A DNA stretch of 64,000 nucleotides from SAR86 cluster bacterium. GTDB taxonomy: Bacteria; Pseudomonadota; Gammaproteobacteria; Magnimaribacterales; TMED112. Location: contig QOPH01000003.1 in assembly GCA_003331635.1 (NCBI GenBank), forward strand, positions 67,145 to 131,144. The letters run 5' to 3'. A program made the position numbers and the translations under genes. Below the pieces are notes generated by a model, which saw only the letters and a list, made by a program, of their open reading frames with translations, did no database searches and was not told the origin of the DNA. How positions within the stretch are numbered: the first letter of the stretch is position 1; each line of letters starts with the position of its first letter. Positions 56,438-64,000 of this stretch are shown here, in pieces.

Positions 56438-57474
56438 AAGATTTTAAATAGTTTATTCACTACATCTTTTACTTCAGATAAAGGCTTATTTTTTTTTGGG
56501 TGGCAAATATCAGCTGATTTTATATCTCTAGAAAAAAGATGCCTCTTGGTATCTATAAATCCAATATCCTTATTTTTTTTGAGCAACTCTATATTTTTTG
56601 TGACCTTAGTTTTCCTCAAAGGTGCTCCATCTGTTCCATGGTCCCTGTGTAGCTCATGATGAAATACGTATACATTAGAATTAGTTGAAAGTGCTTCATA
56701 CAAAATTGAAACACTCTCTGGTGTAAGAAAAGTTATTTCACTTTTTTTAATCTCTGTAGTTAACCATTCATCAGAGGTATCTTTCCAGTTAAAAAATTCA
56801 GCATTGCCTGGATGTTTGGGCATTTTAAGATCTGGTGATCTCGGAGAAGTGGTTATTTTCCATTGATAATCTTTATATAGGTCGTTTAAAAGCCATTCAA
56901 TCTGCTTCATTAAAACCTTAGGTCTAAAGTGATAATGCCTACTTTTGCCGCCGATTATGATAAGACCAGTTTTCTTTTTTGTACTTTCAGTTGAATATTT
57001 TGATAATACCCCCTTTGTTGTAATGACATTACTTGGAGTTCGCAAATAAAATCTATCTAAATGTGGAACAACTGCGATATCAAAAAGTTGTGTGGGTTTC
57101 AGAGATGGCTTCATTAAGACAATGCTTCTGGAATTTGAAAAAAGTTTTTTTGCCAGCAATAATTGATAGTGAGTTTTAGATCCAGCACCAATTAATAAGT
57201 CAGGATAGTTGCCAAATGGTGTCATTCCTGAAGAAATATCAAACCCTTCCATAACCCAATTATCAGTTGCCTCATCAATTTCTTCGGACGGGACACCTTT
57301 TATGTAGGAGAAAAAGCTTGAAACAGGGTTACTTTTGTGACAATCAACTGTAAGAAGTGAAATTTTATTTGATTTTCGCAGCTCATCTACAAGAGCATCA
57401 ATTTGCTTTTCATGCCCTTTCTTTCCATCTTTGAATACCCAAATATTAATAAGTTCTTTTTGTTTTAATGACAT
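56434..57474 (-). CDS. ELM1/DUF1022-family protein (GT-B-like, uncharacterised in bacteria)
   Basis: 346 aa. The N-terminal IWVFKDGKKGHEKQIDALVDEL matches the iWvl.DgkaGhenQ..GLaeaL signature I recall for the ELM1 family. 4-nt overlap with the downstream GT4. Confidence 0.6.
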   Translation of the reverse strand: MSLKQKELINIWVFKDGKKGHEKQIDALVDELRKSNKISLLTVDCHKSNPVSSFFSYIKGVPSEEIDEATDNWVMEGFDISSGMTPFGNYPDLLIGAGSKTHYQLLLAKKLFSNSRSIVLMKPSLKPTQLFDIAVVPHLDRFYLRTPSNVITTKGVLSKYSTESTKKKTGLIIIGGKSRHYHFRPKVLMKQIEWLLNDLYKDYQWKITTSPRSPDLKMPKHPGNAEFFNWKDTSDEWLTTEIKKSEITFLTPESVSILYEALSTNSNVYVFHHELHRDHGTDGAPLRKTKVTKNIELLKKNKDIGFIDTKRHLFSRDIKSADICHPKKNKPLSEVKDVVNKLFKIL

Positions 57475-57492
57475 AGATTAAAATAATGATAC

Positions 57493-58263
57493 ATGGATAA
57501 AAATAATCAATACAATTCAGTTTTTATATCTGACGTACATCTTGGCTTTTTAGGCTGTAAAGCTGAAAAATTATATGAATTTTTAAACAAATTAAATTGT
57601 AGAAAGCTTTTTCTTGTGGGTGATATCATTGATTTTTGGGCAATGAAAGATAATTTCTATTGGCCAAAAGAGCATCAAAAGGTTTTAGATAAATTAAAAG
57701 AGATAAAAGATAGTGGAACTAATGTGTTTTACATTACTGGAAATCATGACGATCCCTTAAGAAGCCAAAAAGATGCAAATAAATTTATAGAGGCTGATAA
57801 AAGATTTAAAAAAATACTTGAAAAAGCAAATACGTTTAAAGTTGTTGATTCATATATACATGAATCTCAAAAACAGGGAAAAATACTCATAATCCATGGC
57901 GATCAGTTTGACATAGTTACCTCAAACATAAAATGGCTCTCTAAATTTGGAGGTGTTCTATATGAAATCTTATTAAAATTGAACCGTCCCCTTTCAAAAA
58001 AACTGAAAAGTCTAACAAAAAAAACAGTTAACAAAGCTAGTAATTTTCAATTAAACGTACAAAGGTTATGCAAGAAAGAAAAGTATAAAGGTTTGCTGTG
58101 TGGGCATACTCACTTACCACAAATAAAACAAAATTCTGATTATATCTATTTTAATACTGGTGATTGGATTGAAGTCTGTACAGCAATCACAGAAGATCGA
58201 GAAGGAAGTTTTGAACTAAAAAGCTTCAGTAAAACAAAATCTGTATTAATTAATAAATTATGA
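57493..58263 (+). CDS. LpxH-family metallophosphoesterase, PlcP-like (candidate phospholipase C rather than canonical LpxH)
   Basis: 256 aa. Motifs: FISDVHLGFLGCKA, LVGDIIDFW...FYWPKEH, ITGNHDD (E. coli LpxH has HGNRDF), HGDQFD, CGHTH. Confidence 0.55.
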   Translation: MDKNNQYNSVFISDVHLGFLGCKAEKLYEFLNKLNCRKLFLVGDIIDFWAMKDNFYWPKEHQKVLDKLKEIKDSGTNVFYITGNHDDPLRSQKDANKFIEADKRFKKILEKANTFKVVDSYIHESQKQGKILIIHGDQFDIVTSNIKWLSKFGGVLYEILLKLNRPLSKKLKSLTKKTVNKASNFQLNVQRLCKKEKYKGLLCGHTHLPQIKQNSDYIYFNTGDWIEVCTAITEDREGSFELKSFSKTKSVLINKL

Positions 58264-59858
58264 ATAAAAATCTTTTAATCATATTAATGATTAATCTATG
58301 CATACCATTATTTTCAAAAAATATTTGTGGAGAAAAAGTTCTTTTTAATGGAAATATCTTTGTAGAAGCAACAAGAAATATTGAAAATAAAGCTATCTCT
58401 ATAAAGGATAAAAGAATCAATCATATTGGTGAGATAGATGAATTTAAAATGTGTAAAGTGGAAAAGGTTGACCTCAAAAAAGGGTATGTTTTTCCAGGAT
58501 TTGTAGATGCTCATGCTCATTTGAAAGGTGTAGGTTATAGACAGCTCAAATTAGACCTCTCTAACACATCAAGCAAAGATGAGATGCTTCAAAGAGTAAA
58601 AGTTTATAACGACAACAATCGCAACATGCAGATAATTTTTGGAGAGGGATGGATAGAAAAAAATTGGAGTGATAAAACTTTTCCTACGCGTTTTGAGTTA
58701 GACGAAATCAATTCAGAAATGCCTATTATTCTTGAGAGAGCAGATGGTCACGCATTTTTAGTGAATTCAAAAGCATTAACACTTTCAAATATTGATATAG
58801 CAACGAAAAATCCATCAGGAGGTGAAATAGAGCGACTTAGAGATGGAAGAGCAAATGGAATATTAATCGATACTGCTAAGAATCTTGTACAACAGCTAAT
58901 ACCGGTTCAAACAATAGAGGATGAAAAAAATGCTTTTGCATTAGGAGCCAAAATTTATCAACAAAGAGGCTGGACAGGAATGCATGACGCTGACTCCTTA
59001 TTTATAAAAAAAATTAGAATCTTTGAAAATTTAGATTTAGATTTAAAAATTCATTTTTCCCTTAATCAAAAAGATTATGAACATTGCATTAGAGGCAGAA
59101 GGAGCATCAAGATATATGCAGATGGTGCAATTGGCTCAAGAGGAGCTGCTTTATTTGAAAATTATGAAGATAAAGATTCTAAAGGTTTAATCATCTATGA
59201 CCAGAACGAAGTTAGGCAGTTATTAAAAAACCTTTATGAACGAGACTGTCAAATTCAAATACATGCAATTGGAGATAGAGGAAATAGTATGACACTAGAT
59301 CTTTATCAGGAATTTCTTGAGGGAACAGATAAGGATTTGAGATGGAGAATTGAACACGCTCAAAATGTTACAGAACAGGATCAACAACGATTTAAAAAAT
59401 ATAATATCATTGCCTCTATGCAGCCATCACATGCTATTGGAGATCTCCATTTTGCTAAAGATAGGCTTGGTTTAGAGAGATTAGATTATGCATATGCATG
59501 GAAAAGTTTTATTGAGAAAGGAGTTGTAATTGTAGGCGGCTCTGATGCTCCTGTTGAATTTGGAGACCCATTGCAAGAGTATTATGCGGCAGTTACAAGA
59601 AACGATTTAACAGGATTCCATGACGAGGGTTGGAATCTACAACAAGCGCTAAGCAGAGAAGAGGCGTTAGATATTTTTACAAAATGGCCTGCTTATGCAA
59701 TATTTCAGGAAGAAGATTTAGGCACAATTGAAGTTGGAAAATATGCGGACTTTAGTGTTTTTGATAAAAATATTTTGACCATTGATAATATGGAAATTCT
59801 TGATACTAAAGTTGTTATGACAATAATAAACGGAGAAGTTGTTTACAGACATGAGTAA
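58260..59858 (+). CDS. Amidohydro_3 (YtcJ-like) metal-dependent hydrolase with a hydrophobic N-terminus
   Basis: 532 aa. ATGA overlap with the upstream gene. Motifs: PGFVDAHAHL, IHAIGDRG, RIEHAQ, GSDAPVE. Confidence 0.7.
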   Translation: MNKNLLIILMINLCIPLFSKNICGEKVLFNGNIFVEATRNIENKAISIKDKRINHIGEIDEFKMCKVEKVDLKKGYVFPGFVDAHAHLKGVGYRQLKLDLSNTSSKDEMLQRVKVYNDNNRNMQIIFGEGWIEKNWSDKTFPTRFELDEINSEMPIILERADGHAFLVNSKALTLSNIDIATKNPSGGEIERLRDGRANGILIDTAKNLVQQLIPVQTIEDEKNAFALGAKIYQQRGWTGMHDADSLFIKKIRIFENLDLDLKIHFSLNQKDYEHCIRGRRSIKIYADGAIGSRGAALFENYEDKDSKGLIIYDQNEVRQLLKNLYERDCQIQIHAIGDRGNSMTLDLYQEFLEGTDKDLRWRIEHAQNVTEQDQQRFKKYNIIASMQPSHAIGDLHFAKDRLGLERLDYAYAWKSFIEKGVVIVGGSDAPVEFGDPLQEYYAAVTRNDLTGFHDEGWNLQQALSREEALDIFTKWPAYAIFQEEDLGTIEVGKYADFSVFDKNILTIDNMEILDTKVVMTIINGEVVYRHE

Positions 59859-60843
59859 AATTTTGATAATCACTGACGCTTGGGAACCGCAGGTGAATGG
59901 AGTTGTCGTAACTATGACTACCATTGTTAAAAAACTCAAAGAGAGAGGTTACAAGGTGGATGTTATACATCCAGGATTATTTCATACCTTTCCTCTGCCT
60001 AATTACCCAGAAATATCTGTTGCATGGAATTTTTGGGACTTGAAGAAAAAAATACAGAAATCAGATCCTGATTATATTCATATTTCTGTCGAAGGACCTT
60101 TGGGTTTGACAGGAAGGCATTATTGCCTAGAGCATAAAATTCCCTACAGTTCAGCAATTCATACCAAATTTCCTGAGTATGTGTATGAGAGATTTAATAT
60201 TGGACTTGATGTTACAAAAGGCCTTTTAAAATGGTTCCATAATTCAGCTATAAATACTTTGGTTAATACAAAAAGTCATATGAAAGAATTAAAAAAGGAT
60301 GGTTTTAATGATTTAGTGCTTTGGTCTAGAGGGTTTGATGAAGAGATATTTTATCCAGATATAAAAGGGGGAACAGGAAACTACCTTTTATATGTCGGGA
60401 GAGTTGCAATAGAAAAAAATATCGAAGAATTTTTAAAGATGGAAACAACTCTTAAAAAAGTAGTAGTAGGCGGAGGCCCGATGTTAAGGAAATTTAAAAG
60501 GAAATACAAAGAGGTTGATTTTCTTGGTTACAAAAAAGGCAAAGAACTTGGAAATATTTACAGGGATGCAGCATGTTTTGTTTTTCCTTCAAAGACAGAT
60601 ACATTTGGCATTGTTTTAATTGAAGCTCTTGCTTGTGGAACTCCAATTGCTGGATTCGATGTTACAGGACCAAAAGATATTGTTTTAGAGGGAGAGAATG
60701 GTTCATTAGATAAAACGGATTTAGGTAAGGCTGTGGAGAGAGCTTTAAAAGTTGATAGAGTAAAGGTTGTTAAATCTGCAAAAAAATATACATGGGATGT
60801 ATCAACCGATCAATTTATTGAGTCACTAGTTTCTATTAAGTAG
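59851..60843 (+). CDS. GT4 glycosyltransferase, candidate diacylglycerol glycosyltransferase (Agt/SQD2-like)
   Basis: About 330 aa from ATG 59851, overlapping the amidohydrolase stop by 8 nt. N-terminal ILIITDAWEPQVNGVV and C-terminal FPSKTDTFGIVLIEALACGTP (EX7E). Confidence 0.55.
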   Translation: MSKILIITDAWEPQVNGVVVTMTTIVKKLKERGYKVDVIHPGLFHTFPLPNYPEISVAWNFWDLKKKIQKSDPDYIHISVEGPLGLTGRHYCLEHKIPYSSAIHTKFPEYVYERFNIGLDVTKGLLKWFHNSAINTLVNTKSHMKELKKDGFNDLVLWSRGFDEEIFYPDIKGGTGNYLLYVGRVAIEKNIEEFLKMETTLKKVVVGGGPMLRKFKRKYKEVDFLGYKKGKELGNIYRDAACFVFPSKTDTFGIVLIEALACGTPIAGFDVTGPKDIVLEGENGSLDKTDLGKAVERALKVDRVKVVKSAKKYTWDVSTDQFIESLVSIK

Positions 60844-61584
60844 ATGTTTATTTTTTTACCATTTTCTGACGAAAATCCAACAGTAAGAAAACCGGTGGTA
60901 ACTTGGGCCTTAATCGGTATCAATTTAATAGTATTTATTTTTCAAATGCTTTTATCGCCACAATCAAATCAATTGCTTATAGATTCTTTCGGTGTAAGAC
61001 CTTCAGCATTTTTTGAATTAGTAAATTTACATACCATTTTTACATCTGCATTTTTACATGGAGGTTTTATGCATTTCGCATTCAATATGCTTGTTCTTCA
61101 TATATACGGAGACAATATCGAAAATTATTTAGGAAGAACTAAATATATTATTTTTTATTTCTTGGGAGGAATAGCTGCAGCATTTTTTCAAGCAATTTTT
61201 TCTAGAGGTTTAGACGTACCAATGATAGGAGCAAGTGGATGTATCGCAGGGATTATGGGGGCTTATTTTGTTTTATACCCAAAGGCAAGAATCAATGTAT
61301 TTATTTGGTTCATAATCTTCATTCAAACAATCAAGGTTCCTGCAAGTATAGTTATAGGCTTCTGGATAATAACTCAGCTTATAAATGCAACAGGATCAAG
61401 TTCAGATGGGGTCGCTTATTTTGCTCATATTGGCGGTTTTGTATTTGGGTATATTGCAATTAAGTATTTTTTTAGGGGAACTAAAGCTAGAATATACGCT
61501 GATTTTGAAGAGGTGGAGGAAAGAGACATTCCATTTTTTAGAAAAAATAGAACTTCTGGGTTAAGAAAAAAAGATGACGATTGA
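60844..61584 (+). CDS. rhomboid-family intramembrane serine protease
   Basis: 246 aa. Motifs: HGGFMHFAFNM, catalytic GASGCIAG, catalytic His in AHIGGFVFG. Confidence 0.85.
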   Translation: MFIFLPFSDENPTVRKPVVTWALIGINLIVFIFQMLLSPQSNQLLIDSFGVRPSAFFELVNLHTIFTSAFLHGGFMHFAFNMLVLHIYGDNIENYLGRTKYIIFYFLGGIAAAFFQAIFSRGLDVPMIGASGCIAGIMGAYFVLYPKARINVFIWFIIFIQTIKVPASIVIGFWIITQLINATGSSSDGVAYFAHIGGFVFGYIAIKYFFRGTKARIYADFEEVEERDIPFFRKNRTSGLRKKDDD

Positions 61585-61870
61585 CGATATTAAAAATATG
61601 CTTGAAGAAGGCTTCAAGCTTAATCATTGTGAAGTAATTAACGAAAGCCCAAATCATTCAAATTATTCTGGAGATTTATCACATATAAAAATAATAATTG
61701 TTTCAGATGATTTTCTTGATGAAAGTTTGGTTCAAAGACATAAGCATGTATATTCAAAAATTCCTGAAGTAGTAAAAACAATTCATGCAATATCTATTAT
61801 TGCGAAGACAAAGTCAGAATGGGATGAATCAAATGAATTTGCAGCTTCTCCACCATGTTCAAAAAATTAG
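61574..61870 (+). CDS. BolA-family protein (IbaG/YrbA-like)
   Basis: 98 aa. NESPNHS..., VQRHKHVYSKI, IHAISIIAKT follow the BolA fold pattern. Confidence 0.7.
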   Translation: MTIDDIKNMLEEGFKLNHCEVINESPNHSNYSGDLSHIKIIIVSDDFLDESLVQRHKHVYSKIPEVVKTIHAISIIAKTKSEWDESNEFAASPPCSKN

Positions 61871-64000
61871 TTTCAAATTACTTTAATTCTATAAAAGACA
61901 GAAAATTTTTTTATTCGGCAATAATTTTATTTGGAATATTTTGTAGTTCTCTAGGTATCAATAATTTCAGATTTGATGCTTCTTCAGAGACTTTGATTCT
62001 TGATAACGATGTTGATTATCAAATATATGAGCAAACTAACGATGATTTTGGTTCATCTGATTTTTTAATTCTTGCAATACAGTCTTCAAATGAAATTTTT
62101 ACTCTTGATAATTTGCAAAATCTTCAAAATCTCAGAGACAAAATTCAAGTAATTGAGGGAGTTGATAGTGTTGTTTCAGTTTTTGATGCTCCAATACTTG
62201 AACAACCTAAATTATCATTGATCAAGTCAGCATCTAATGATAAGTATTTGCTTGAAGACGAGCTAAACCTTCCTCTAGCTAAACAAGAATTAATCGATAG
62301 TCCTATTTTTAGTGAACTGGTAATAAGTAAGGACGGTAAAACACTTGCGTTTCAAATTAATCTTGATGGAAAAGATAATTATGACCAAACAGTTATCGAT
62401 ATAAGATCTGAGATTCAGACATTTAAAAATTTCAATATAAATCTTGCAGGACCATCAATGATAGTTTTTGACACGATTAACTTTATTAAAAATGATGTCA
62501 TTACTTTTGGAACTATTACTGTTTTAGTTTTCTTTATTTTTCTCTATTTAATATTTAGAGATTTTTGGCCTGTAACCATAATACTTTTAAATGCATTGAT
62601 AGTTATGTTTATAAGTATTGGGGTAATGGGGTTAATGGATTGGCCAATAAGTATAGTTTCGTCAAATTTTTTGGCCTTGTTGCTTATAACATCTATTGCA
62701 ATTTCAATTCATATACTTGCTAAAGTTCAAACAGATGGAGATAAAAATATTTCCACTAGCAAATCTTTATCAGATATTTTCATGCCATGTCTTTTTACAG
62801 CATTAACTACAATAGTAGGTTTTGCTTCCTTAATCTTGAGTGATATTAAGCCGGTAATAGACTTTGGAAAAATGATGAGCGTAGGAGTGCTTTTAAACCT
62901 TTTGAGCTCATTTGTATTTATACCATTGGCACTAGAGCTCAAAAATATAAAAAGTCTTACACATAAAAATATTGCAGATTTCGTATACAACAATGGTTAT
63001 GTTCAAAGCAAAGGATTTATTAAAAAAGCATGGATACCATTTTTGCTGATTTTTATTCCATTGATAATTTATCTACCAACTAATTTAAAAGTAGAAAATA
63101 AATTTATCGATTATTTCAACAAAGAAACTGAAATATATAAGGGAATGGAGACTATTGATAAAAATCTTGGTGGTACAACTCCCTTTGATATTATTCTTTC
63201 TTTGCCTGAGGCGATAGAAGAAGTTGATGAAGAGGATCTCTTTTTCAGTGAGAACTCAGAAACCGCAAAATACTGGTGGAAAAAAGACAATATGGACAAA
63301 CTTCAAAAGGTTCAAAATGAAGTTTCTAAAATTGATGAACTGGGTAAGGTTTTGAGCATTGCAAATGGCATTGAGCTCGCACAAAATTTAAATAATAATC
63401 AGCCTCTTGGAGATTTAGAATTAGCCTTTGTAAGAAATTCATTATTAGATAGCGAGAGAGCTCAAAAAGTTTTAGAGACATTTATTGATGAAACAGAGAA
63501 AAGCACTAAAATTTTTGCAAGAACTATAGATTCAAGTCCAAATCTAAATAGAAACGAGCTAATCAACTCAATTGATAAAATTCTCCAAAAGAATTTTGAA
63601 GGTACTGAAATTGATTATCAGATAACTGGTTTAGGTGTGTTGTATAACAATTTGCTTCAGAGTCTTTTTTCTTCTCAAATAAAAACACTTAGTTTTGTCT
63701 TGGCTTCAATCTTCTTGATGGTTTCTTTTCTTTTTAGATCTCTGTTGGTAGGTTTTTCAGTCATGTTTATACCATCTATTTCAGTTGGTGTGGTTATGTC
63801 ATCAATGAGTATTTTAAACATCCCTTTAGATATTATGACAATAACTATTGCATCAATATGTGTCGGAATGTCAGTAGATTATGCAATACATTTTGCTTGG
63901 AGGTATTTAAAAGAAAATGATGAAAAGAAAACACTTCTCTCCGCAGGCAGGGCAATTCTTATAACTGGATCTACAATAATTATGGGCTTTCTTGTTTTCC
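61855..64000 (+). CDS. RND-superfamily MMPL/COG1033-type exporter (3'-partial, runs off the window end)
   Basis: Frame +1 is open from ATG 61855 to the end of the window (715 codons); it is absent from the ORF track because it has no stop. One TM segment, a large periplasmic loop, a 5-TM bundle (FMPCLFTALTTIVGFASL), a second loop and a second bundle (TIASICVGMSVDYAIHF). Confidence 0.7.
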   Translation, partial: MFKKLVSNYFNSIKDRKFFYSAIILFGIFCSSLGINNFRFDASSETLILDNDVDYQIYEQTNDDFGSSDFLILAIQSSNEIFTLDNLQNLQNLRDKIQVIEGVDSVVSVFDAPILEQPKLSLIKSASNDKYLLEDELNLPLAKQELIDSPIFSELVISKDGKTLAFQINLDGKDNYDQTVIDIRSEIQTFKNFNINLAGPSMIVFDTINFIKNDVITFGTITVLVFFIFLYLIFRDFWPVTIILLNALIVMFISIGVMGLMDWPISIVSSNFLALLLITSIAISIHILAKVQTDGDKNISTSKSLSDIFMPCLFTALTTIVGFASLILSDIKPVIDFGKMMSVGVLLNLLSSFVFIPLALELKNIKSLTHKNIADFVYNNGYVQSKGFIKKAWIPFLLIFIPLIIYLPTNLKVENKFIDYFNKETEIYKGMETIDKNLGGTTPFDIILSLPEAIEEVDEEDLFFSENSETAKYWWKKDNMDKLQKVQNEVSKIDELGKVLSIANGIELAQNLNNNQPLGDLELAFVRNSLLDSERAQKVLETFIDETEKSTKIFARTIDSSPNLNRNELINSIDKILQKNFEGTEIDYQITGLGVLYNNLLQSLFSSQIKTLSFVLASIFLMVSFLFRSLLVGFSVMFIPSISVGVVMSSMSILNIPLDIMTITIASICVGMSVDYAIHFAWRYLKENDEKKTLLSAGRAILITGSTIIMGFLVF

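Noticed and set aside
57493-58263. Annotating this gene simply as lpxH (UDP-2,3-diacylglucosamine hydrolase).
   Set aside because: The motif differences from E. coli and P. aeruginosa LpxH (GNHDD against HGNRDF, and the W...YWP..H block), plus operon linkage to a GT4, favour the PlcP-like subfamily. Canonical LpxH cannot be excluded without phylogeny, so no gene symbol is assigned.

Overview
This is an AT-rich, tightly packed bacterial chromosome segment (G+C judged by eye, not computed). It holds about 62 protein genes, many with overlapping stop and start codons, plus 6 singleton tRNA genes that all lie on the + strand. I found no rRNA, CRISPR array, transposase, integrase or classical transcription factor. 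The gene content and local synteny look gammaproteobacterial: purM-purN, hda, clpP-clpX-lon-hupB-ppiD, rnhA-dnaQ-gltX and a FabY-type ketosynthase. A proteorhodopsin gene and three large TonB-dependent receptors (TBDRs) fit a streamlined marine photoheterotroph of the SAR86 kind, but no marker gene in the window can prove that.

The accessory content worth attention is:
- A Gln105 (blue-tuned) proteorhodopsin with an 11-bp perfect inverted repeat upstream.
- An overlapping operon of small membrane protein, DUF2256 micro-ORF, ArnT-like GT-C transferase, two PAP2 phosphatases and an ArnC-like GT2 transferase. This is a candidate lipid A or envelope dephosphorylation and glycosylation module.
- A kexin-like S8 lipoprotein protease with a (PAPT)n tether and no prodomain. 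The secreted ORF that follows it looks like a prodomain encoded in trans.
- A beta-glucan (laminarin-type) uptake and catabolism locus: TBDR, GH16, GH3, sodium:solute symporter, glucokinase and a truncated GH13.
- A translationally coupled set of PlcP-like metallophosphoesterase, amidohydrolase and GT4 transferase that resembles phosphorus-stress lipid-remodelling modules.

All functional calls rest on motif recognition by eye in the supplied translations. No database search was run.
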